Positions 1 to 8,359 of a DNA stretch of 61,641 bases are shown here, piece by piece. Both the position numbers and the translations under genes were made by a program. The first letter of the stretch is position 1, and each line of letters starts with the position of its first letter. This DNA comes from Bdellovibrionales bacterium. GTDB lineage: Bacteria; Bdellovibrionota; Bdellovibrionia; Bdellovibrionales; UBA1609. A model generated the notes under the pieces. It was not told the origin of the DNA, searched no databases, and was given only the letters and a program-made list of their open reading frames with translations. The stretch spans positions 1 through 61,641 of the forward strand of contig JAWLHR010000020.1 of the NCBI GenBank assembly GCA_041690295.1. The letters are read 5' to 3'.

Positions 1-160
1 GCAAAAACCATGAGAGCCGAATATACGATCGATTGCGCGACTCACTTGGCCAGGAAACTTTTTGTTGCACCGGGGCGGGTCCATATACGGGCACAGTTCT
101 TATAACCCCACGCGCACGCTTTGAGCGCGGGCAAATCCCACAGAGTCACGCGAAACACTT

Positions 161-502
161 TCATCCGCAATGGCCCCACGAGCTGGGGCCAGTCGATGAC
201 GTCCTCACCGCGTGCATAATGAGCGAACGGCCGGGTTCTTGATGCGTCGACGGATGAACCCCAATACGCACACCACGATAGAAAACCGTCAGCACCGGAA
301 TCGGAGCGCCACCGCTTTCACGTTCTTTGAATCGTTCTTCCCACCACGCCCTAAAGGCCTCGGCTTGGCCCTTCTCTGGCTTTCTCATTCCGATCCCGTT
401 CAGGAACTCAGGCGAGGATTCAAAGAAATACTTAATATAATCGTCCAAATCTTCGCGTTGAACTTCACGCACTCTAACGTCAGATACCTTGATCTTTCCC
501 AT
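161..502 (-). pseudogene. GNAT-family N-acetyltransferase, probably disrupted by an internal deletion/frameshift
   Basis: N-terminus MGKIKVSDVRVREVQREDLDDYIKYF looks RimJ/GNAT-like. The frame loses GNAT character after LIMHA, while a plausible GNAT C-terminus (RGEDVIDWPQLVGPLRMKVFRVT) continues in another frame from about 212. Confidence 0.5.
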
Positions 503-563
503 GGTCGGGATTCTACAGGATTTGTAAGTCTCGCACAAAGGCCGCCCTTGTCTTCACAAGAGA

Positions 564-1373
564 CTATTTGCAACAGGTTAAAAAAGCGTACGTCCAGCTC
601 GTCCCATTTGGTTGGCAGATGCCGTTGGAAACCGTAGCGCCTCCAACATTCGCCGTTGAGTTCCCGGCGTCCGTGCGAAAGGTAAAACAACTGAGAAGCT
701 GCTCGTCCGATTCACACAGACAATTCTGACCAGGTGATCCCGCCATGCAACCGCCCGAAGATCCGTCGCTGGAGTTTTGAGTGTATCCACGGGTTATGCA
801 TTGAGCGAACGGTAAACCCGAGCTGGCCGCGCCCGCCGTTGAACAGGATATCACCCGAGCCGCGGAAGGATCCGTTATGTCGGCGGTGAGTTGAACGTGC
901 GCTTGCGGCGACCGGCGAGCCATTTTGAGCGAAGCTGGGTTTAGGTTGGCCACCAATCGCGCACTGAACGCGCCCTGAACGCCCGGCGTGGGCGTGATGT
1001 CTTCAAGCACAATGGAGTCCACCATCAATCCCGTTGTGCTGGCTCCGACCGGTGAGTTCGCATTTATCAAAGGTTCAACACCTTTGGGCGGGTTCGAGCT
1101 GTCGCAACCCGAGTAAATGGCGCTCAACTGAACCGATCCCGGGTTCGCGGAATTAAAGCGGACTTCGCTAAAATTACAAGCGCAGACCTGATTGTTCGCG
1201 AGAACGCCCCGGATGATATTTTCAATATCCAGAATTTCCATTTTTTGCGAAAGCTTGCCGGTTTCGGAATTCAGATTGGTGAGAAAAGTGGCCAGTGTAA
1301 GAGTTAATACGCCCATCAAAGCCGTGGCCACGAGAACATTGATCAGAGAAAAGCCCGCGTCCGAACGAATCAA
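564..1373 (-). CDS. Type IV pilin/pseudopilin-like protein with prepilin N-terminal cleavage motif and Cys-rich C-terminus
   Basis: RSDAG|FSLINVLVATALMGVLTL class III signal; TTG start at 1373 with GAGG upstream; many C-terminal Cys. Confidence 0.8.
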   Translation of the reverse strand: MIRSDAGFSLINVLVATALMGVLTLTLATFLTNLNSETGKLSQKMEILDIENIIRGVLANNQVCACNFSEVRFNSANPGSVQLSAIYSGCDSSNPPKGVEPLINANSPVGASTTGLMVDSIVLEDITPTPGVQGAFSARLVANLNPASLKMARRSPQAHVQLTADITDPSAARVISCSTAGAASSGLPFAQCITRGYTQNSSDGSSGGCMAGSPGQNCLCESDEQLLSCFTFRTDAGNSTANVGGATVSNGICQPNGTSWTYAFLTCCK

Positions 1374-1503
1374 CCAAACCTCAAATAGAAATGCTATGAA
1401 TACAGTATCAAGAGCGAGTGACTTAAGAATCAAGAGCGGACCCGAATCCGTCTCATATTGAAACTTGCGCGATCCGAGGCTTCCGCGTAATGATAGGCCT
1501 GCT

Positions 1504-2154
1504 ATGAATCTGGAATTGATCAGCTTCGAACTTTGTCCCTTTGTTCAAAGATCCGTAATCACATTGAAGTATAAAAACGTTGATTTTAAGCTCACGAATA
1601 TCGATCTAAAGAATAAACCTGAGTGGTTTTTAAAAATCTCTCCCATGGGAAAAGTTCCGGTTCTTAAAGTGAATGGAACTGTTTTATTTGAATCCGCGAT
1701 CATCAATGAATACATCGATGAAACCGTGGGCGAACCGCTGATGCCAAAAGACCCGTTACAAAAAGCCCTCGAGCGCGGCTGGATTGAGTTTGGATCGCAG
1801 CTCATCAACGCTTTGTACATGGTCACGCTCGAACGTGACCGGGCCAAGCTTGAACCCATGATTACAAAATTTTTCCAAGACTTGGCGAAAGTCGAATCCA
1901 TCTTACAGAATGGTCCGTATTTCCGTGGTTCCGATTTCTCGCTGGTCGACGCCGCTTGGGCGCCGCTTTTCATGCGAATTTATCTTTCGCAAAGATTGAA
2001 AGATCACCCACTCTGGTCGGAAATGCCGAAAACCCGAAAATGGGCGGACGAGTTACTTAAAGTTCCCGCCGTAAAAAATTCGGTCATTGAAAACTTCGCT
2101 GAAGAGTATTCACGCTACGCTCAACAAATCGGCAGCGCGCTTTTCAACTCATGA
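1504..2154 (+). CDS. Glutathione S-transferase family protein
   Basis: SFELCPFVQR active-site motif, SPMGKVPVL, LFESAIINEYID, FSLVDAAWAP. Confidence 0.92.
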   Translation: MNLELISFELCPFVQRSVITLKYKNVDFKLTNIDLKNKPEWFLKISPMGKVPVLKVNGTVLFESAIINEYIDETVGEPLMPKDPLQKALERGWIEFGSQLINALYMVTLERDRAKLEPMITKFFQDLAKVESILQNGPYFRGSDFSLVDAAWAPLFMRIYLSQRLKDHPLWSEMPKTRKWADELLKVPAVKNSVIENFAEEYSRYAQQIGSALFNS

Positions 2155-2179
2155 CCGGCGGCTGAGACCCGCCCCAACA

Positions 2180-2220
2180 AAATTAAAAAAACCAGCCGAC
2201 CCGGCTGGTTTTTTTAATTT
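2180..2220. terminator. Bidirectional intrinsic terminator between the GST gene and tRNA-Ser
   Basis: Perfect 19-bp inverted repeat aaattaaaaaaaccagccg-acc-cggctggtttttttaattt with A/T tracts on both sides. Confidence 0.85.
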
Positions 2221-2313
2221 GGCGGAGAGGGGGGGATTTGAACCCCCGGTACGGGTTTAAGCCCGTACGACAGTTTAGCAAACTGCTGGTTTAAGCCACT
2301 CACCCACCTCTCC
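2220..2313 (-). tRNA. tRNA-Ser(GCT)
   Basis: GGAGAGG...CTCTCCGCCA acceptor stem, anticodon loop TT-GCT-AA, long variable arm, GGTTCAAATCC T-loop. Confidence 0.96.
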
Positions 2314-2465
2314 GGAGTCGCTTAAATTGCTATTTAGGGTCAAACTGCCATAGCGAACATTTGATTTCAAGCAAGGCCAATCCCGCTTGAAACCTGATTA
2401 AACAGCGCATCACTACCTTTTGGCTTCGTGGTTGCAGGCAACCTTAACAGTATCTCGAGGGCGAT

Positions 2466-3179
2466 GTGAACTTTAGGCGGAATTGGAAAGCGGCTTTGCT
2501 GATTTTCTGTATCTTGTTCCTTAGTGAGCGCGCTCGGAGCGATCTCAGTAAGGAAGAGTTTGAAAAATGCCAGGGGATCTTAACCGTGTTTCGGCATTCA
2601 TGGTTGAAGACCGCCATCGATGACACTCTCAAGCCTTTGGATAATCGTGCTCTGGAATTTCAATCCGTCCGGGATCTCATGACGGCAAAACAGCTCGTGG
2701 GGGAATTCTCAGGGGCTCCCGATTTAACGATCAAGATCCGCACGAAAAAGAAAGTGGAGTTGATCTTCTCCAGCAAAGCTCAGCGCAAAATGAAACGACT
2801 CAGATTCGGCCCCGTGGATTTGATCAGCCACACCCAAGGAAGAAATGTTTCCTTTCAGCTGGTGCCGATTCAAGGGTTGGAGGTTTTCTCGCTTCTTGCC
2901 TTTCCGCTGGAGTCGAACGAGTTCAACTCCCTCTATCTGCTCATCCCCGCCGATCCCCACGCCGGACTCAAAAACATATTTCTCTCTCGACTGCGTGAGC
3001 AAAAGTGCGAGGGCCCGACCATGCCGGAGCTGTACTTCGATGCTCAGGGCCGGAAGTATTGCCTGGAACAGGTGTTTACCTTTTGGGTGGAGCCCCGAAA
3101 AAAAGACGAACAAATCAAAGGCCGCCGGTTTTTTGGCCCGATACGCGCGATCTCCCGTTCCTGGAAGGTCCGGAAATAG
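2466..3179 (+). CDS. Hypothetical secreted protein
   Basis: 237-aa ORF with GTG start, basic then hydrophobic N-terminus (RRNWKAALLIFCILFL); no recognised domain. Confidence 0.6.
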   Translation: MNFRRNWKAALLIFCILFLSERARSDLSKEEFEKCQGILTVFRHSWLKTAIDDTLKPLDNRALEFQSVRDLMTAKQLVGEFSGAPDLTIKIRTKKKVELIFSSKAQRKMKRLRFGPVDLISHTQGRNVSFQLVPIQGLEVFSLLAFPLESNEFNSLYLLIPADPHAGLKNIFLSRLREQKCEGPTMPELYFDAQGRKYCLEQVFTFWVEPRKKDEQIKGRRFFGPIRAISRSWKVRK

Positions 3180-3285
3180 TAAAATTTCGCTGGAAATCCC
3201 CTATGTTGGCCATTTCACACCCAAAGCGCTTGCCTTCCTAAACACGGTTGTCTAAACCTAGGACTCCCTTTAAATCATGGGATGG

Positions 3286-3362
3286 GCGCCCGTAGCTCAG
3301 CTGGATAGAGTACTTGACTACGAATCAAGTGGTCGGAGGTTCGACTCCTTCCGGGCGCGCCA
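3286..3362 (+). tRNA. tRNA-Arg(ACG)
   Basis: GCGCCCGTAGCTCAGCTGGATAGAG..., anticodon arm CTTGA-CT-ACG-AA-TCAAG, GGTTCGACTCC, encoded CCA. Confidence 0.97.
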
Positions 3363-3386
3363 ATTTTTTTCCTCGAGGGGTCAGGC

Positions 3387-3854
3387 ATGAAGATCGGATT
3401 CTACTACTGGCTTCGCGTGGCCATCATGGCCGTCGGATTCGTGGTGGTTGTGCTCATGATCCGAAAGTTCGACCAAACCCAATCCTTATCCGCTGACAAC
3501 ATAAACCTCTGTGTGACTCGCATAAAAGCTTTAACAATGGTCGATGGCTTCGCCGTGGTCCAGGACGGCTTGGATTGGTATCGGCGGGCCGGCCAACATA
3601 TGGAAGAATTGGATCCGATCGCCGTTGAAAAATGGTTCGGCGCCAACTGCCGCATTAAAGTGAAACCGGCTGAAGCCACCGAAGCTTCGCAAGCCTTCCT
3701 GACCGTTTCATTTGTAAGCGGTGAACCACAAACGCTGGCGAAAGTCGGCCCCGGGGTTTACTCCTGGATGGGCCAAGTATTTACGTCGCCGGAGTTTGAA
3801 GCGGCCATTAAAAGCCTCGCTGAATTGCCGATTCGGGTCCGCCCTGGACGATAG
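3387..3854 (+). CDS. Hypothetical membrane-anchored protein
   Basis: GAGGGG RBS, single N-terminal TM helix, 155 aa. Confidence 0.7.
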   Translation: MKIGFYYWLRVAIMAVGFVVVVLMIRKFDQTQSLSADNINLCVTRIKALTMVDGFAVVQDGLDWYRRAGQHMEELDPIAVEKWFGANCRIKVKPAEATEASQAFLTVSFVSGEPQTLAKVGPGVYSWMGQVFTSPEFEAAIKSLAELPIRVRPGR

Positions 3855-3936
3855 TCTTATCAGTTAAGGCATATAGTACCGCAAAATTCCTTCCGATAAC
3901 GGATGACCACTATCTGAACGGAAAAAGGAATTCGCC

Positions 3937-4497
3937 ATGATTAGACTCTTGTTTCTCGGGCTCGCGCTGGTGCTGACGGTTGGTTTTAGCTCTCACACCG
4001 CTGAGGCCAAACCCAAATGTCCGAAGATGCGAAAGGCGTGTGCTAAAGCCGGTAAGAAAGGCAAAGCTATCACCAAATGCGTCGAAGACCTCACCAAAGG
4101 CAAAAAGGTTAAAGGTGTTGTCGCCAAAGCTTCGGATATCAAGATCTGCAAAAAGGTCCTAGCCAAGGCTTCTCCTAAAAAAGCTAAAAAGAAGAAAAAG
4201 GTCGCCAAAAAACTTCCACCTAAGAAAAAGGTGATTGAGGTATCGCCCCCAGCGGAAGACATCTCGGAGCCGATCCCGATGTCACATGAACCGGCGATGG
4301 ATCCAGCCGATATGGCAGGTCCGGCATTGGATTTGCCCGCTGATTCTCACTCAAATGAAGCCCGCGAACCCTCAGCCGCAGGTGGTTCGGGCGATCTGGA
4401 AGATCAGTTGATGAATATGCAAAACACCCCGACGGACTCACACTCCAGTTCAGGCGGTGGCGAAGATTTTGACCTTGAAGGACTCCCCCCAGAGTGA
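3937..4497 (+). CDS. Hypothetical secreted protein with Cys/Lys-rich N-domain and acidic disordered tail
   Basis: Signal peptide ending AEA, AGGA RBS, four Cys in a Lys-rich segment, Asp/Glu/Pro-rich C-half. Confidence 0.75.
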   Translation: MIRLLFLGLALVLTVGFSSHTAEAKPKCPKMRKACAKAGKKGKAITKCVEDLTKGKKVKGVVAKASDIKICKKVLAKASPKKAKKKKKVAKKLPPKKKVIEVSPPAEDISEPIPMSHEPAMDPADMAGPALDLPADSHSNEAREPSAAGGSGDLEDQLMNMQNTPTDSHSSSGGGEDFDLEGLPPE

Positions 4498-4572
4498 CCC
4501 GGAGTGGCGAAAGCCTAGTGTTTGACAAGGTGTTCGGGCTTCTTTAATCATGGGGTCCATCTACCAATATGT

Positions 4573-4648
4573 TCAGGCGTAGCTCAGTCGGTAGAGCAGT
4601 TGGCTGTTAACCAATTGGTCGGGGGTTCGAGTCCCTCCGCCTGAGCCA
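4573..4648 (+). tRNA. tRNA-Asn(GTT)
   Basis: TCAGGCGTAGCTCAGTCGGTAGAGC..., anticodon loop CT-GTT-AA, GGTTCGAGTCC, CCA. Confidence 0.97.
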
Positions 4649-4758
4649 TTTTAACCGGCGCACAAGATTCCGTTCCCATTTTGATACGTTAAGAAATTTT
4701 ACGAATTGCAGAAGTTCGACGAGCGAATTGTATCTCGTCAATTAAAACACTCCATTAC

Positions 4759-4775
4759 AGGGACCAGCACTTGCA
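4759..4775 (+). promoter_or_regulatory. Putative sigma54 (-24/-12) promoter
   Basis: aG-GG-accagcacTT-GC-A (GG-N10-GC) about 26 nt before the ATG at 4801. Confidence 0.45.
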
Positions 4776-4800
4776 CAATTTGATCTGGGGGGTATTGCCT

Positions 4801-5550
4801 ATGTTGAATGTTAGAGCAGTGGCAACTGCTGTGATCCTGTTTTCACTCACAATTTCATTTCAGAATTGTTCCGATGTGGGGTTCTCGACTGGAAAAGGCA
4901 ATAAAGATGTTAAGGGAGCCGCTGGAGAATCATTTGGTACAATCAATCAGCCTGGAGCCTTTCCTGGAATGAATGGAGTCAATGGAATTTCTGGTGGGCA
5001 CTTTGATCTGGATACGTCGACAAAAATCTACGCCGCGAGTGCCGGAACGACCAATCATCACGAACATGAATACGACAAAAAACATAAAACAACGATCATT
5101 GATTTCTTCAACCTGATTGATCCTGGCTACGACAACATTCAAAGCGCAATTCCTACGGGTCGAAGATTCGTTCTAAATGTCGTCAATGCTTCACTTTCAC
5201 CTGGTGGAGTGCTCGATATCAATGGCTCTCTCGTCGGCGTAACCGGCTTCAAACGAGGGCAGGTGTTCACCATCGGACCCGCATCGGTTGCGGGAGATGT
5301 TTCTCTGAACCAATTTCGCCTCGGCTTCTCGCCTGATGTTTTGGCTAACAATGGCTTGGTTCCAACCGCAACATCATGTGTGCGAGCCAACGATCCCGGT
5401 AAACTGGGTGAGTACCGAAACGGAGCGCTAACGATCCAGGCCTTAGACGCTGATAATTTTACCTTAGATCCAGCAACCGGAGCGGCGAGTTCCGGTCTTC
5501 TATGGGAAGCCAACGTTTTCTGGCATTGGAACGGAGGCTGTTACAAGTGA
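4801..5550 (+). CDS. Putative lipoprotein (FQNC lipobox) with His-rich conserved-looking domain
   Basis: Hydrophobic N-region then SFQNC; motifs GGHFDLDT, HHEHEYDKKH, GEYRNGALTIQ, LWEANVFWHW. Confidence 0.75.
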   Translation: MLNVRAVATAVILFSLTISFQNCSDVGFSTGKGNKDVKGAAGESFGTINQPGAFPGMNGVNGISGGHFDLDTSTKIYAASAGTTNHHEHEYDKKHKTTIIDFFNLIDPGYDNIQSAIPTGRRFVLNVVNASLSPGGVLDINGSLVGVTGFKRGQVFTIGPASVAGDVSLNQFRLGFSPDVLANNGLVPTATSCVRANDPGKLGEYRNGALTIQALDADNFTLDPATGAASSGLLWEANVFWHWNGGCYK

Positions 5551-5597
5551 TGAAATCACTCACTACCTCACTGAGATTTTTGAGCCACTACAAAACG

Positions 5598-5635
5598 AAA
5601 ATACCGCTGACCTTAATGAGACCAGCGGCATTTTT
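5598..5635 (-). terminator. Intrinsic terminator of the 5682-6176 gene
   Basis: Minus-strand stem of about 16 bp with G-U pairs (aaaatgccgctggtct/aggtcagcggtatttt) between convergent genes. Confidence 0.6.
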
Positions 5636-5681
5636 GCTTTAAAAGGATAAAAATTTTAGTCAGAAATCTTGGACTCGCGTC

Positions 5682-6176
5682 CTAGTTTTTGCACACCGAT
5701 TCGAGTCGAATGATTTGCAAAGGCTTGCGAGTGTAGGTCATCTTCATGGCGCACTCGCTCTCTTTAGGGATTGCCGAGAAACCAGTGTTTCCAGCTTCAT
5801 TTATTAATTCAGTCGGTTCCAATTGCCCCAAGGTCGCAAAAAGGACGTCAAAGTCTTCTTTGGAGATTTCGGCGGGCAACGGATCCTGGTCGGCTGCGGA
5901 CATATCCACACGCTTACCGTTCGCATTGAAGATTTCAATAATCTGGTGGGACGGGGTCAAGCCTCTACTTACGCCTCGCCAGAAAGCTCTGAATCGCATT
6001 TTACCGTTCTTATCGAAGGCCCGAACCTCTTTATAGTCCGAATCAATATCCGTACCTTCAGCGACAACAACACTTTCAAGCACAACGACGCCCTCATTGG
6101 GAGTTATGACCTCAAACGAGGCCGGGTAGGCGTTAAAACCAAACACCACAGCCAACATCAACACCATTACTTTCAT
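5682..6176 (-). CDS. Hypothetical secreted protein
   Basis: Strong AGGAGG RBS, signal peptide MKVMVLMLAVVFGFNAYPA, C-terminal Cys pair. Confidence 0.75.
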   Translation of the reverse strand: MKVMVLMLAVVFGFNAYPASFEVITPNEGVVVLESVVVAEGTDIDSDYKEVRAFDKNGKMRFRAFWRGVSRGLTPSHQIIEIFNANGKRVDMSAADQDPLPAEISKEDFDVLFATLGQLEPTELINEAGNTGFSAIPKESECAMKMTYTRKPLQIIRLESVCKN

Positions 6177-6367
6177 ACGACTTCCTCCTTAGGAAAAATT
6201 TATCTACTGCTACAAATTAAGGCGTTGCGATGAGAATTATATGAGTTCCCATTTCACCCGACCTAACGAGCGAGTGGGCAATGCAATCACTGGGCCCAAC
6301 GCAATTGGCCTGAGAAGGCGACAAGTTCAATTAAACTTAAACAATAAACTTGCATCCCGAATTGGCC

Positions 6368-6445
6368 ACCGTGCCCGGGCACGGTTCGTGTCCGGCGGCG
6401 AACTGCGTTCGCCCATGATTGGAACTGGTCCCGGGACCAGTTCCA
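6368..6445. repeat. Cluster of three intergenic inverted repeats (two perfect palindromes centred on CCCGGG)
   Basis: accgtgcccgggcacggt (6368-6385), ggcgaac-tgc-gttcgcc (about 6397-6413), tggaactggtcccgggaccagttcca (6420-6445). Confidence 0.8.
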
Positions 6446-6462
6446 TTTGATGAACGGGGTGA

Positions 6463-7920
6463 TCACTCGATGATCACGTATCGGCTTCCATTGATGCCTA
6501 CCATACCATAAGCAATGAGAACGGTTTCATCGCTCCCTTTGGCTAAGCCAAGGTTGTACGGTTGAACATCGGAGAAAACTTTCGGACCAAGCACCACGTT
6601 GCCGTCACCATCAATGATCATGAATTTTCCCTTCTCGTCATCTTCGTCGGGATAAGCGAGAAGCACATAATTCTCCCCAAGATGGATCGATCCCAATCCG
6701 CCCAAATTATTATCGACGTAGACCACGGGATTGGTCATGGACCAATCATTTGGATCGACAAATCTCGCTTTCACTTTATTGTTTTCGGTATAGGCCAGGA
6801 ACACCTTTCCGTTTTCGAGAACGGACGTTGTGAGAGGAAAGCGTAACGTATTTGTCACTTGATCGCTGGAGAATGTGGTCAGCGGTTTTTTTATAGCCCC
6901 CGTTTGGTCAACAACCAAAAACTTACCTTTGTAATTATCCGGGTAATCCGTTGCCGCGATAAAAGCTTCATCATTCGGAAGAATGGCGATGCTGCCGGCC
7001 TGTTCGCCTATATTATCAAAAAGTTGGATTTCAGGTACGTCCGTCGAACCGTCAGCGTTATGAATCACGATTCCGGATTTGTCGTCTGTTATATTAACGA
7101 AATAGGTGATAAATTTCCCACTCGCAAAGCGTGCAAAACCTTCCAAGGGTATACTTATGTTGTCGGTCGTATACACGGTTGGCGCACTCACGGACCAATC
7201 GTTGCTCCCATCCAATGAAATCAATGTTCCCTTCGAGAAGTCCGCGGAGTCCCCGAAAGAGATAAAGACATCATCACTCCCCTCGGCTTTGGCTTGAGCG
7301 GAAAATTGCATCTGCGTGTTGGAATCGAAATTGGTTAACGCCTTGATTACGTTACCCTCTGAATCGATCACCGTGAACTTTGCCGGTCCGCCGAAATAGT
7401 CCGCCGCGATGAAATATTTAGCCTCTGATAAGGCCACAACGGAATGGCTCCGCGCGGCTTTGTCGTGAATTTCCCCGTCCTTGCGAATGTCACCCTTGAT
7501 CAAAGTGCTAAAGGAGACCCGCTTATAAAGCGCCTTATAACCATCCGGGCCCTTTACGATCACATTGCAATAATATGTTGTAAGCAGCGCCAATCCGGTC
7601 ACAACCTTGCTTGTCGTGTTTATTTCAAAGTCACCATAGCCAGTGCCGTTGGCCTCGGTTGAAGCCACGGTATCAAGATTGTCATCGGTGGAACAATAGA
7701 CCTTGTATGCGAGCTCGGCCGGATCGCCAGCGGAATAGCTGGCCGCAGTCCACGATAGCGTGACATTTGGTCCTTTTTTGGTAGTGACCTCGATCGTGTC
7801 GGTCTCCACGAGAATCGGCGATTCACCACTGCTGATTTCGGTTTTGTTGTCATCGTTTTGGCAACCAAGAAAAAGACCGAACATGACTAAAAATGGAATG
7901 GCGATCAGCTTTTTATTCAT
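6463..7920 (-). CDS. Lipoprotein with fibronectin type III-like domain and repeated beta-propeller-like blades
   Basis: LGC lipobox; FN3 pattern VTLSW..YKVYC..VTGL...YYCNV; internal repeats AKFTVIDSEG / GKFLVVDQTG / GKFMIIDGDG and NDWSVSAPTVY / NDWSMTNPVVY; GAGGTGG RBS. Confidence 0.8.
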   Translation of the reverse strand: MNKKLIAIPFLVMFGLFLGCQNDDNKTEISSGESPILVETDTIEVTTKKGPNVTLSWTAASYSAGDPAELAYKVYCSTDDNLDTVASTEANGTGYGDFEINTTSKVVTGLALLTTYYCNVIVKGPDGYKALYKRVSFSTLIKGDIRKDGEIHDKAARSHSVVALSEAKYFIAADYFGGPAKFTVIDSEGNVIKALTNFDSNTQMQFSAQAKAEGSDDVFISFGDSADFSKGTLISLDGSNDWSVSAPTVYTTDNISIPLEGFARFASGKFITYFVNITDDKSGIVIHNADGSTDVPEIQLFDNIGEQAGSIAILPNDEAFIAATDYPDNYKGKFLVVDQTGAIKKPLTTFSSDQVTNTLRFPLTTSVLENGKVFLAYTENNKVKARFVDPNDWSMTNPVVYVDNNLGGLGSIHLGENYVLLAYPDEDDEKGKFMIIDGDGNVVLGPKVFSDVQPYNLGLAKGSDETVLIAYGMVGINGSRYVIIE

Positions 7921-8036
7921 AAACCACCTCACACATGAAAAATAATGATCATCTATTTACTTCGAGGCGCCCTATTGAAAGGATCGCAATCTTTACGGTA
8001 CGAACACGGCTGAGATCAGTCAGTCCCCAAGACATC

Positions 8037-8302
8037 TAGCAAAAAAAATTGGAACATTCGGCACAATCACTTGGCCGAAAGTAATAAAAAAGGGCGACGC
8101 GATGAAACAGTCATTTGCGAATCCCACCTGCGGCTCCGAAGCTAAAAAGAGCAGCAATGTAATGAAGAATGAGTGCAACATCCGCGACGCCCTTGAATGG
8201 ATCGTCATCTTACGTTAAGGGCGTTGAACCGATTCCGTTAGTCCAGAGGGATGTTTGGCAAAGGAAAATGGGACACTCAGCACAGTCACTTGGCCGAAAG
8301 TT
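8037..8302. repeat. Pair of diverged direct repeats of about 45 bp, about 220 bp apart
   Basis: ggaacattcggcacaatcacttggccgaaagt (about 8051-8082) versus gggacactcagcacagtcacttggccgaaagt (about 8270-8301). Confidence 0.75.
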
Positions 8303-8305
8303 GAG

Positions 8306-8359
8306 ATGAATCAATGTGGCGAAGGGAAAGCGATCGATGAAGTCATAGACCTCGTTGAC
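8306..8359 (-). pseudogene. Remnant of a PaiB/FMN-binding transcriptional regulator gene
   Basis: Out-of-frame peptide VNEVYDFIDRFPFATLIH at the AKR 3' end resembles the PaiB N-terminus (..FI..(H/Y)PFATL..). Confidence 0.4.

Noticed and set aside
6241..6450. 69-aa ORF across the palindrome cluster
   Set aside because: No RBS or protein-like features; better explained as structured non-coding DNA.
8037..8302. CRISPR array
   Set aside because: Only two diverged copies about 220 bp apart and no cas genes; no regular repeat-spacer array seen anywhere in the window.
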